A DNA stretch of 63,554 nt from an uncultured Mycobacteriales bacterium (GCA_902805565.1 CADCTP010000212.1:1-63554); one strand, 5' to 3'. Positions 24,737-33,779 are shown, numbered from the stretch's first letter. Program-made: numbers and translations. The notes: generated by a model not told the origin, from the letters alone.

Positions 24737-24943
24737 ATGGACGACGACGCCCGGTACGAGGTGCTCCGCAACGACGAGGACCAGTACTCGCTCTGGCTGG
24801 CCGGCCAGGAGGTGCCCGCCGGCTGGCACCAGGTGGGCAAGGAGGGCACCCGGCAGGAGTGCTCGGCCTACGTGGACGAGGTCTGGACCGACATGCGGCC
24901 GCGCAGCCTGCGCGAGCGGATGGACGGCGTGCCCAGCTCCTGA
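24737..24943 (+). CDS. MbtH-like protein (68 aa)
   Basis: GAGAGGAGA SD at 24721-24729, upstream of ATG 24737. NDEDQYSLW...PAGW...EVWTDMRP is the MbtH signature with the three conserved Trp. Confidence 0.9.
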   Translation: MDDDARYEVLRNDEDQYSLWLAGQEVPAGWHQVGKEGTRQECSAYVDEVWTDMRPRSLRERMDGVPSS

Positions 24944-24956
24944 GCCCGGAGCGCGA

Positions 24957-24983
24957 GGTCCCGGCCCACCTCGGGCCGGGACC
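24957..24983. terminator. GC-rich hairpin between the convergent mbtH-like and luxR-type genes
   Basis: GGTCCCGGCCC (24957-24967), loop ACCTC, GGGCCGGGACC (24973-24983). This is a perfect 11-bp stem with no U-tract. Confidence 0.55.
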
Positions 24984-25022
24984 GGGCCCGCCCGGGTGGC
25001 GCGCCCGGGCCTGGGTGTGGGG

Positions 25023-25628
25023 TTAGAGCCAGCCGGCGGCTTGGGCGATGCGGATGGCTTCGACCTTGGTGCGGCCGCCGGTTTTGGTGATGGCGCGGGA
25101 GAGGTAGTTGCGGACGGTGCCGTCGGCGATGAAGAGTTTGGCGGCGATCTGGCGGTTGGGGTCGCCGTAGGCGGCCAGGCGTAGGACGTCGCGTTCGCGT
25201 TCGGTGAGGGGGTTGTCGCGGGCGTGCAGGGCGGCGACGGCGAGTTGGGGGTCCAGGAAGGGTTCGCCGCGGGCGGTGCGGCGGATGGCTTCGACGAGGG
25301 TGTCGCGGGTGGCGTCGGTGGAGATGAAGCCGACGCGGGGTGCGTTGCGGGGTAGTGCGCGGCCCAGGAGTCCGGTGCGTTCGGCGTCGAGGAGGACCAG
25401 CAGGCGGCTGCCGGAGAGGGTGGCGTAGAGGGAGGCGATGAGTTCGTCGGCCTCGGGCAGGGTGGCGTCCAGGACGGTGACCTCGGGTTGGTAGCGGTCG
25501 ATCGACCCCGGTACGTCGGTGGACTCCGAGACCTCCCCGACGATGTTCATGTCCTTCTCACTGGTCAACATGTGCATCAACGCACTACGGAAAAGGATGC
25601 CGCGGTGCGCGACCAGCACGGATACCAC
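25023..25628 (-). CDS. NarL/FixJ (LuxR-type) response regulator with a degenerate receiver domain (about 201 aa)
   Basis: C-terminal LuxR HTH (LTERERDVLRLAAYGDPNRQIAAKLFIADGTVRNYLSRAITK). The receiver-like N-terminus VLVAHRG has H-R where the acidic DD pair normally sits, and VTVLDATLP keeps a candidate acceptor Asp. GTG 25628 is preceded by GAGGGGG. The track start at 25769 adds 47 non-homologous residues. Confidence 0.75.
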   Translation of the reverse strand: MVSVLVAHRGILFRSALMHMLTSEKDMNIVGEVSESTDVPGSIDRYQPEVTVLDATLPEADELIASLYATLSGSRLLVLLDAERTGLLGRALPRNAPRVGFISTDATRDTLVEAIRRTARGEPFLDPQLAVAALHARDNPLTERERDVLRLAAYGDPNRQIAAKLFIADGTVRNYLSRAITKTGGRTKVEAIRIAQAAGWL

Positions 25629-25754
25629 CAACGCCCCCTCAGTGCCGCGACCCCTCTCGGCGATCGCCTCGTCCGACCACGCGCACGCGCCGGGGTCCAG
25701 GTCGGCGGGGGCACGGCCGGCCGGACCACGACCTGCGACTGCGCGCAACGGCAC

Positions 25755-25767
25755 GAACGTAACGTTC
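25755..25767. promoter_or_regulatory. 13-bp palindrome GAACGT-A-ACGTTC upstream of the luxR-type gene
   Basis: Perfect 6-1-6 inverted repeat lying 127-139 nt upstream of GTG 25628, in a lower-GC intergenic region. Confidence 0.3.
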
Positions 25768-26277
25768 ACCCGCTTCTTCGACCTCCGTAGTCAGACCCTG
25801 ATGTATCGCGCGCCAACACCCGAATTGGGCGAACTATGGAGATCACCGGACCCGGCACAGCGCTCGGCCGTCGGGCCGAGCCCCGCGTCCGGCGGCGGCA
25901 CCGGGACCTGGTGACCGAGAAGCGCGGTCACCGAACCGCTGCTACGTTCCGGGCCGGAGTCACCCAACGTGACGATGTTGACCGATCGTCGACATCCCGC
26001 GTCGCCTGGCCCGCGCGGTTGAGATTCCCGTCCCGCGCTGGTCGGAAAGGCTGATACTTCCGCCCACACGCCGCCAAGCTGGCAGTTCGCCAGCTCGCCG
26101 ACAAGCTGGCACCGCAGGTAACAGCAAATCCGTCCATCCGCGACACGAACATGAACTAAACGTGTTCTGTATCACGCTTGAGACTCGCTACGGACCGTTG
26201 CAGGTAGCAATCACCGTTGATACCTTTTTCACATCGGGCAAGCGCCCACAAACCCCCACAGAAAGGTTGTGATACCC

Positions 26278-26544
26278 ATGCGCAAGCTGACTCGGGCCAC
26301 CCTCGGAGCCGTGCTCGCCGGCGGTGCCCTCTTCGCCAGCGCGACCCCGGCGATGGCGTCCGGCGACAACGACGGCTCGCTGGTCGACGTCACCATCGGC
26401 GACGTGGACATCCTCAACGGCACCAACATCACCGCGGTCGCCGCCGCGGCGCTCTGCGGCGTCGACGTGAACGTCATCACCGCCCTCAATGAGGGCGACA
26501 AGATCACCTGCGTGCTGATCCCCGGCGCCAAGATCGAGCAGTAG
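26278..26544 (+). CDS. Small secreted protein (88 aa) with a chaplin-like two-Cys domain
   Basis: Signal peptide MRKLTRATLGAVLAGGALFASATPAMA-SG. The mature part has LNGTN...CGVDVNVITALNEGDKITC, with Cys-to-Cys spacing of 19 and a CG..VNVI..LN pattern like the chaplin segment CGN..SVIGLLNP....C as I recall it. GAAAGG lies 11 nt before ATG 26278. Confidence 0.6.
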   Translation: MRKLTRATLGAVLAGGALFASATPAMASGDNDGSLVDVTIGDVDILNGTNITAVAAAALCGVDVNVITALNEGDKITCVLIPGAKIEQ

Positions 26545-26670
26545 AACGCCGGGCCGGTGGGGTGGCGGAGCCAGGCCGTCACCCCGCCGGCGCCCGCCGG
26601 AGTGCATCGACGACGGCGGCCGGCCCCGTCGGGCGGCCGGCGCCGGGCTGACCGAGGTCGCTGGTCGAAG

Positions 26671-27585
26671 ATGCGCAAAGTGAGGACCGTCGTCGCCGGC
26701 ATCGCGAACCTGCAGACCACCGTGCCGGTGGCCGGCTTCCCGATCGAGTACGAGCCGGCGCGCTACCTGCCCGGGGAGATCGTCATCGGCGCCGGCGGGG
26801 TCGGGATGAACGTCGCCCGCGTGCTCGCCGGTCTCGGCGGTCGCGTGGTGCTGGTGGCCCCGCTGGGCACCGACGTCACCGCGGACGCGGTCGAGGCGGA
26901 GACGCGGCGGGCCGGCGTCGAGCTGCGCCGCTCCGCCGCGCTGGACCGCTCGCCCCGCTCGGTGGTGCTGCACGCCCCGGACGGCAGGCGGCAGGTGAAC
27001 ACCGACCTGGCCGGGGCGACGGCCGCACCGGTGGACCTCCCCGGCTTCACCTCGCTCGCCGCCGGCGCCGACGCGGTGGTGCTGGGCAATGTCGACTTCA
27101 CCCGGCCGCTGTTGCGGCCCGTGCAGGCGCTCGGGGTGCCGGTCGTGGTGGACCTCCAGGACGTGCGGGGCCCGGACAACCCGTACGACCGGGACTTCCT
27201 GGCCGCGGACGTCCTGCTGATGAGCGACGAGCGGGTCCGCGGCGCGGAGGCGGACGTGCTGCGGGCGGTCGCCGGCCGGTCCGCCGCCCGGCTGGTGGTG
27301 CTGACCCGCGGCGCCGGGGGATGCCTGGCGCTGGCGGCCGGCGAGGACGAGCCGTGGGCGGTCCCGGCGGCGGACGCCGGTCCGGTCGGCAACACCACCG
27401 GGGCCGGCGACGCGTTCACGGCGGCGCTGACCCACTACCTGCTCGGGCGGAAGCTGCCGGCCCGGCAGGCGCTCCCCGCCGCCGCGGCCGCGGCGGCCGC
27501 GGTGCTGGCCCGGCCGGACCGGCCGGTCACCGAGGGCACCGTCGCCGACGTGCTCGCCGGGCCGGCGCCCACGGAACACGGGTGA
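26671..27585 (+). CDS. PfkB-family carbohydrate/nucleoside kinase (304 aa)
   Basis: Ribokinase-fold signature NTTGAGDAF near the C-terminus. GAGG and VVLG motifs. Start chosen at ATG 26671 (MRKVRTVVAG). Confidence 0.75.
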   Translation: MRKVRTVVAGIANLQTTVPVAGFPIEYEPARYLPGEIVIGAGGVGMNVARVLAGLGGRVVLVAPLGTDVTADAVEAETRRAGVELRRSAALDRSPRSVVLHAPDGRRQVNTDLAGATAAPVDLPGFTSLAAGADAVVLGNVDFTRPLLRPVQALGVPVVVDLQDVRGPDNPYDRDFLAADVLLMSDERVRGAEADVLRAVAGRSAARLVVLTRGAGGCLALAAGEDEPWAVPAADAGPVGNTTGAGDAFTAALTHYLLGRKLPARQALPAAAAAAAAVLARPDRPVTEGTVADVLAGPAPTEHG

Positions 27586-27713
27586 CCCGAGCCCCTCGCG
27601 CCCGGCTTCACCGGCGACTACCCGCCGATCCTGATGCACCGCGGGCCGGCGCGGCTGCCGGTGCGCTGGCGCCCGCCGGCCTGACCGGGGGCCACGATGG
27701 CGGCCCCACCGGG

Positions 27714-28103
27714 TCAGTCACCGCCGGGGTCCGACCCGGACGCGGCGTCCTGGATGTCCAGGCGGACGATGCGGGAGTCCTCGATGTGGTGGAGGTGGTC
27801 GAAGGACCCCGTGGAGATGACCTCGCCGGCGAGGGACCGGACGACCTGGCTGATCCGGACCGTGACCGTGCCGTCGGGGCGGTGCGTGAACCTGACGGGC
27901 CGGTCGTGGGTGCGCACGCGGGTCCACTGCTGCGTCCAGTAGGCCGTGACCGCGGCCCTCCCCCGCAGCCGGTGCGACCCGTCCGGCCAGTCCACCTCGT
28001 CGCTCACGAGGGCGAGCAGGCCGTCGAGATCCTGCTGGTTGTACGCCGCATAGGCCCGCGCGAGCAGCTCCTCCGCGGCGCCCGCGGTGTCTTGCGCCGT
28101 CAC
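27714..28103 (-). CDS. SnoaL-like / NTF2-fold protein (129 aa)
   Basis: AYAAYNQQDLDGLLALVSDEVDWPDG...AYWTQQW pattern. GTG 28103 overlaps the stop of the upstream hydrolase (GTGA at 28100-28103). Confidence 0.65.
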   Translation of the reverse strand: MTAQDTAGAAEELLARAYAAYNQQDLDGLLALVSDEVDWPDGSHRLRGRAAVTAYWTQQWTRVRTHDRPVRFTHRPDGTVTVRISQVVRSLAGEVISTGSFDHLHHIEDSRIVRLDIQDAASGSDPGGD

Positions 28104-28795
28104 AGGCTCAGCACCAGGTCGCGGACGGCGGCGGGCCGGGACAGGAACGGGTGGTGGCCCGCATCGAGCTCGACCACGCTGCCGGCCCGCCGGGCGAACT
28201 CGCGCTGCAGCCGTGCCGGGGTGCCCCGGTCCTCCGCGCACACCAGGTACGTCGAGGGCACCTGCTGCCAGGCGGCCGCCCCGACCGGCGCCGCGGTCAC
28301 CCGTACGCTCTGCCGCGCGAGATGGTCCGCCGCATCCGCCCGGACCTCGGGGTCGCAGTCCTGCAGGAACGTCCCCACGAGGAGCTCGGGGCGGACCCCG
28401 AACGTGCCGGCGTCCGGATCGACGTCGAGGAACGGGGCGGGGCCGCCGTTGCCGAACTCCGACAGGCTCTGCCCGATCTCCGGCAGGTAGCTGGACACGA
28501 GCAGCAGGTGGCGCACCGACCCCACTCCGGCGGCGGCCTCCGCGGTGACGATGCCGCCGTAGCTGTGCGCGACCACGACGGTCGGCTCGTCGCCGTCCCG
28601 CAGCACCTGCCGTACCGCCGCCACGTCCTCGGGCAGCCCGGGGCCGTCGGCACCGCCCGGCACGCCCGTCTCGCCGCAGCTCGGCAGCGGCGGCGCGACG
28701 CTCGACACCCCCCGCTCCCGCAGCAGGTCGGCGGTGCGGTGCCACCACCACGACCCGTCCCGTACGCACGCCCCGTGCACGAACACGACCCTCAT
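28100..28795 (-). CDS. Alpha/beta hydrolase (231 aa)
   Basis: MRVVFVHGA start, nucleophile elbow AHSYGG, C-terminal DAGHHPF. Strong SD GAGGGGGAGGG before ATG 28795. Confidence 0.8.
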   Translation of the reverse strand: MRVVFVHGACVRDGSWWWHRTADLLRERGVSSVAPPLPSCGETGVPGGADGPGLPEDVAAVRQVLRDGDEPTVVVAHSYGGIVTAEAAAGVGSVRHLLLVSSYLPEIGQSLSEFGNGGPAPFLDVDPDAGTFGVRPELLVGTFLQDCDPEVRADAADHLARQSVRVTAAPVGAAAWQQVPSTYLVCAEDRGTPARLQREFARRAGSVVELDAGHHPFLSRPAAVRDLVLSL

Positions 28796-28873
28796 CGACG
28801 CCCTCCCCCTCAGCTGTGGTTGCCTGGGGACGACGGTAGACGTAACGTTTATTACACGAAAAAAGAAGGGGTC

Positions 28874-29449
28874 ATGGGCCGACGACCGCAGCCGCACATC
28901 AGGGACAGCCTGCTCGACGCGTGCACCGACCACGCCCTCGCGCACGGCCTCCCCGACCGGCTCGAGCCGCTGGTCACCGCCACCGGCACCTCGGCCCGCA
29001 TGCTGCTCTACCACTTCGGCAGCCGGGACGCCCTGCTGCGCGCGGTCCTCGGGCACGCGCGGCAGCGCCAGGTCGCCCTGTTCGGCGACCTGCTGCGGGC
29101 GCGACCGGACGAGCCCTACCCCGCCACGCTGGAGCGCGCCTGGACCGCCATGACCGGCCCGGACGGGCAGCCGTACCTGCGGATGTTCGGACAGCTGCGG
29201 GAGAGCGCGGAGCAGCAGCTGTGGCCGGACTTCCGCCGGATCGCGACGACCGACTGGCTCGGGCCGCTGGAGGACGGCCTGCGCAGCCTCGGCCGGCCGG
29301 ACCTCGCCACCCTCGTCCTCGCCGTCATCCGGGGCCTCCTGCTCGACCTCGACGCCACTGCCGACACCGGCCGCGTCGACCGGGCCTTCCGCGACTTCCT
29401 CGGCGCTCTCCGGCACCTGGCCCGGGCCGACGCCCCGACCGCCCACTGA
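28874..29449 (+). CDS. TetR-family transcriptional regulator (191 aa), divergent from the hydrolase-SnoaL operon
   Basis: HTH region ATGTSARMLLYHFGSRDALL. AAGAAGGGG SD before ATG 28874. The intergenic spacer is 78 bp and lower in GC. Confidence 0.8.
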   Translation: MGRRPQPHIRDSLLDACTDHALAHGLPDRLEPLVTATGTSARMLLYHFGSRDALLRAVLGHARQRQVALFGDLLRARPDEPYPATLERAWTAMTGPDGQPYLRMFGQLRESAEQQLWPDFRRIATTDWLGPLEDGLRSLGRPDLATLVLAVIRGLLLDLDATADTGRVDRAFRDFLGALRHLARADAPTAH

Positions 29450-29864
29450 CCACCCGGGCCCTGCCCCGGGTACCCGGCCCCGTGGGCGTACCCGGCCGGC
29501 TTCCGGACCCGCGACCAGATCTTCCGCGCGTACGGCCCGAACGGCCGGATCGTGGACGCAGAGGTGGTGCCCGGCACCGACGCCGAGGCGGCGATCGAGC
29601 GGCTGCTGGCCCGGCCGGAGGTGGACCGCATCGACTGCCGCAACGTCGCGTACGGGTGCTACACCTTCCGGGTCGAGCGCGCGGCCTGAGGTCCGACGGG
29701 CGTGCCCGCCGCCTGGTCGACATCCCGGGCTCCGCCCGGAAGGATCAGGACATGGACCGATCAGCGGGTCACCGCGACCGACCCGGCGTCGGCGCGCAGC
29801 TCCTGCCGGTCCACGCCGGGCCGTCCGGGCACCGGTTCCGCCCCGGCCGGGACCGGTGACGGCC

Positions 29865-30779
<915 letters not shown>

Positions 30780-30787
30780 GGCGTGGG

Positions 30788-31945
30788 TCAGCGGCGGAAC
30801 GGGCCGCTGATCTCGTAGGTGATGCCGCCGGAGGACGAGCCGCTGGTGCCCCGCTGCGAGGACAGGTAGAGCCGGGTGCCGTCCGGGGTGAAGGCGGGCC
30901 CGGTGATCTCCGACCCCGACTGGTTGGCGATCCGCAGGAACGGCGCGACGGTGCCGGCCGGGGTGATGAGGTTGACCTCCATGTTCCCGCCGTCCTCGGC
31001 GACGTAGATGTCGCCGGTGGCCGTCCCGGTGATGTTGTCCACGCCGGTCAGCGGGGCGGGACCGGGGTTGACCAGGTTGTCGTCGTACGCGAGCTCGTAC
31101 CGGTTGTCCGCGGCGGACAGCCGCCACACCCTGTTGTCGCCCTTGGTGGTGAACCAGCAGACGCCGTCGGCGTAGTAGCAGCCCTCGCCACCGTTGAACC
31201 GCTTGGCCCCGGCCACCTGGTAGCGCGTGTACGTCGGGGAGCCGTCGGGATCCGGCACGACCTGCCAGCGGCCCGTGCCGCTGGTCGCGGTGCCGGCGAC
31301 GAAGACCTCCAGGGTGCCGGTCGACAGGTCGCCCCACGTGGTCGGCCGGAACCGGTAGAGGCAGCCGTCGGACTGGTCCTCGGTCAGGTACACCACCCGG
31401 CGGACCGGGTCGGCCGCGGCCGCCTCGTGGTTGAAGCGGCCCATCGCGGGCCGGCGCACGGCGGCTCCGCCGAACGGGTTCGTCTCGTAGACGTACCCGC
31501 GTTCGACCTCCTCGCAGGACAGCCACCGGTTCCACGGCGTGCGGCCACCGGCGCAGTTGCGGTTGGTGCCGGACAGGATCCGGTACGCCGCGGTGACCGT
31601 GCCGCCCGAGCCGAAGCGGATCGCGGACGCGCCGCCGGTGCCGGAGATCTCCGAGTTCGACACGTAGATCCAGCCGGTGCCGTCGGCGAAGCAGGCGCCG
31701 CCGTCCGGGGCGTCGTGCCAGCGGTAGGAGGTGCCGGCCACCAGCTGGCCGGACCGGGCCACGACCCGGCTGCGGAAGCCCGCGGGCAACCGGATCCCGT
31801 TCGCGTCCGCCGAGCCGAGAGCGCCGTACGGCCCGGGCCCGAGCTGCGCCGGCGCGGCGGTCGCCACCGCCTGCCACAGCCCGCCGGAGAACGCCACGCC
31901 ACCGGCTCCGACCACCGCGGCTCGCAGGAACGTACGACGCTGCAT
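30788..31945 (-). CDS. Tat-exported DUF839 / PhoX-like beta-propeller protein (385 aa)
   Basis: Twin-arginine signal MQRRTFLRAAVVGAGG. GGGAGAG SD before ATG 31945. Body motifs NCAGGRTPWNRWLSCEE and GPAFTPDGTRLYLS are typical of the PhoX/DUF839 family. Confidence 0.75.
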   Translation of the reverse strand: MQRRTFLRAAVVGAGGVAFSGGLWQAVATAAPAQLGPGPYGALGSADANGIRLPAGFRSRVVARSGQLVAGTSYRWHDAPDGGACFADGTGWIYVSNSEISGTGGASAIRFGSGGTVTAAYRILSGTNRNCAGGRTPWNRWLSCEEVERGYVYETNPFGGAAVRRPAMGRFNHEAAAADPVRRVVYLTEDQSDGCLYRFRPTTWGDLSTGTLEVFVAGTATSGTGRWQVVPDPDGSPTYTRYQVAGAKRFNGGEGCYYADGVCWFTTKGDNRVWRLSAADNRYELAYDDNLVNPGPAPLTGVDNITGTATGDIYVAEDGGNMEVNLITPAGTVAPFLRIANQSGSEITGPAFTPDGTRLYLSSQRGTSGSSSGGITYEISGPFRR

Positions 31946-32150
31946 GGGCTCTCCCAGCTCGACCGGCCTCAACTGACCCGATCGTGACCCGGGAACGGCT
32001 GCGATCCGGGAGCCGGTGGATGAACACTGCGCGACCGTCCGCTGAGCGCGCGACAGCGCGCCGGGCGGAGCCTGACCGGGACAACCCGGCGCGGAGCGGG
32101 TCCGCGGTCAGCCGGCCCGAGGGTGAGGTCGAGGTGCCCGGCTGGACGCT

Positions 32151-33779
32151 CTACCTTGCGGCTCTTCCGGCCGGATACAACGGCCGCCATGTTCGCGCAC
32201 GCCCCAGACTGCGTCCAAAGGTGTAAGCGGCGGCCGCGGCGAGGGCTGTGGTCAGGTGGAGGAGGTGAGCTTCGCGGCCCAACGGATAGCTGAGCATCAG
32301 GTAGAAGTAGCCCACAGGTAAGCCGGCGGCTGTTGCTGCGAGCGCCCATGGGACAGCTCGGAGCACCGCGGCGCGGACGCTCGTCGTCGGGTGCACGAGG
32401 TGCGTCCTGGTGTACCACCAGCCGCGCACGAGGGCGGCAACCGAGAACAGGGCGGCGACCAGCGGCCAGAACGGTCCGAGCGGCCCACGATCGAGCGCAT
32501 CGAGCGGCACGATCCGGGCGCGTGCCGCGACGTTGGTGGCGAGCTGCAGGCTCGCGATGGTGCAGCAGTAGACACCTTCGCGGGTGCGTATCACGGTGTC
32601 GTTCTGACCGGTGACGGGATTCCAGCTCGTGACCGATCCTGAGTCGGACTCGAGTAGCAGCCGCCCTCGGTTCCAGGCGAGCGGCGCGGACGGGTCCGGA
32701 GGGGCGAGCAGGGCAGGAACATCGCCCTCGGCGGCGATGTGCACGATCGGCTGGCCGGCAGGGCGCCGCTGATAGGGGGTGGTGGTGCCGGTGCCTGTCG
32801 GTACGACGTCCGGGCTGGAGTCCTGCGCCCGGCGAAGCGCGAGGATCCGCCCGTCGGGAGACCAGCCGGCGGCCGCGATGTCCCATCCGGGGAGCATCGT
32901 GTCGCCGCCGATACGACGTCCATCGGCCCGGAACACGTCGAGGCGGGTCCGGCCCGCGAGGGCGAGCCGGCCGTCGGGTGCGAAGGCAGCGCTTGTCGCC
33001 GCCTCCGTCACGTGGACAGCGAAGCCGTTCGACACGTCCACCACATCGGTGCCGGTGGCGGAGCCGACTGCGATCCGGGTGCCGTCGAGGGACCAGGCGA
33101 GCAGGCGTGCGCTGTTGGCGAGTTCGAGACCGGGGACGGTTCGTGTGCGGCCGTTCGTCAGATCCAGCACCTGCAGGGAGTGTCCCCGGCGCACCGCGAG
33201 CTGACGTCCGTCCGGTGCGAGGAGGAACGGACTGTTGGTCGAGTCAGCGGGGACTCCGTCAGGTGCTGCGGTCGAGCCTGTCGGGTCGGGGACCTGGCGA
33301 GCCGAGGTGCCCTCGGCGCCGATCAGGACGAGGAAATGCGCGCCGTCCTCGTCGCCGTCGAGGTAGGCCATGGACGCGGCTCCGGCAGGCGACCTGTCCG
33401 CCCGAGCGGGCGGGGGGTCCCAGGCAGGGAACCGGTCGGGCAACACCGGGCCGGCCGTTGCCGATGGCTCCTCGGTGCCGGTGCGACTCGCGGCCACGTC
33501 GTGGGCCGCCACTGCCGCGGCGATCGTCAACAGCATCGCCACCGCCACGCCGAGGCGAGCGACGGGGTCGACGAACAGGCAGCGCAGTCTGGACCGCGCA
33601 GCGAGAGCCAGCAGATCCGCGGCCTCCGAGACCGTGGGGCGGGACTGCGACGGCGTGGCGGCCTGGAGGAGGACCGCGACCATCTCCTCCTCACGCGCGG
33701 CCCGTTGCGGTGCAGGCAGTGCGCGGAGCAGCCGACGATAACGCCGCTCGAGCCGCTCGCCGGACCCCTCGTCCGTCAT
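32151..33779 (-). CDS. Membrane protein (542 aa): cytoplasmic helical N-domain, TM helix, TolB/WD40-like beta-propeller repeats, C-terminal TM bundle
   Basis: ATG 33779 overlaps the padR stop (ATGA at 33776-33779). N-terminus ERLERRYRRLLRALPAPQR resembles DUF1700-type PadR partners. Repeats WSLDGTRIAV, FAPDGRLALA, WSPDGRILAL. Hydrophobic C-terminal spans. Confidence 0.7.
   Translation of the reverse strand: MTDEGSGERLERRYRRLLRALPAPQRAAREEEMVAVLLQAATPSQSRPTVSEAADLLALAARSRLRCLFVDPVARLGVAVAMLLTIAAAVAAHDVAASRTGTEEPSATAGPVLPDRFPAWDPPPARADRSPAGAASMAYLDGDEDGAHFLVLIGAEGTSARQVPDPTGSTAAPDGVPADSTNSPFLLAPDGRQLAVRRGHSLQVLDLTNGRTRTVPGLELANSARLLAWSLDGTRIAVGSATGTDVVDVSNGFAVHVTEAATSAAFAPDGRLALAGRTRLDVFRADGRRIGGDTMLPGWDIAAAGWSPDGRILALRRAQDSSPDVVPTGTGTTTPYQRRPAGQPIVHIAAEGDVPALLAPPDPSAPLAWNRGRLLLESDSGSVTSWNPVTGQNDTVIRTREGVYCCTIASLQLATNVAARARIVPLDALDRGPLGPFWPLVAALFSVAALVRGWWYTRTHLVHPTTSVRAAVLRAVPWALAATAAGLPVGYFYLMLSYPLGREAHLLHLTTALAAAAAYTFGRSLGRARTWRPLYPAGRAAR

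Noticed and set aside
23439-24943. Calling the cluster a hydroxamate or peptide siderophore cluster
   Set aside because: An EntS-like exporter, an MbtH protein and an Orn-like M1 pocket are suggestive. However, no N-hydroxylase, N-acyl or formyl transferase, siderophore-binding lipoprotein, ferric reductase or iron-box was seen in the window. It is kept only as an alternative hypothesis.
25629-25769. Longer form of the luxR-type gene starting at the track's start codon, 25769
   Set aside because: The extra 47 residues (MNVTFVPLRAVAGRGPAG...) have no receiver-domain similarity. The region is lower in GC and contains the 13-bp palindrome. GTG 25628 has a GAGGGGG SD and gives a typical regulator of about 200 aa.
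26188-27639. 483-aa minus-strand ORF covering the chaplin-like and PfkB genes
   Set aside because: It is an antisense shadow ORF with an Arg/Gly/Pro-rich translation. The plus-strand frames carry a signal peptide and the NTTGAGDAF kinase motif.
28100-28795. The alpha/beta hydrolase as the missing NRPS thioesterase (type II TE or releasing TE)
   Set aside because: It lacks the N-terminal FCFPHAGG-type and GHSMG motifs I associate with type II TEs. It lies 3 kb beyond the apparent cluster boundary, in its own TetR-controlled operon with a SnoaL-like gene. I cannot fully exclude it without an HMM search.
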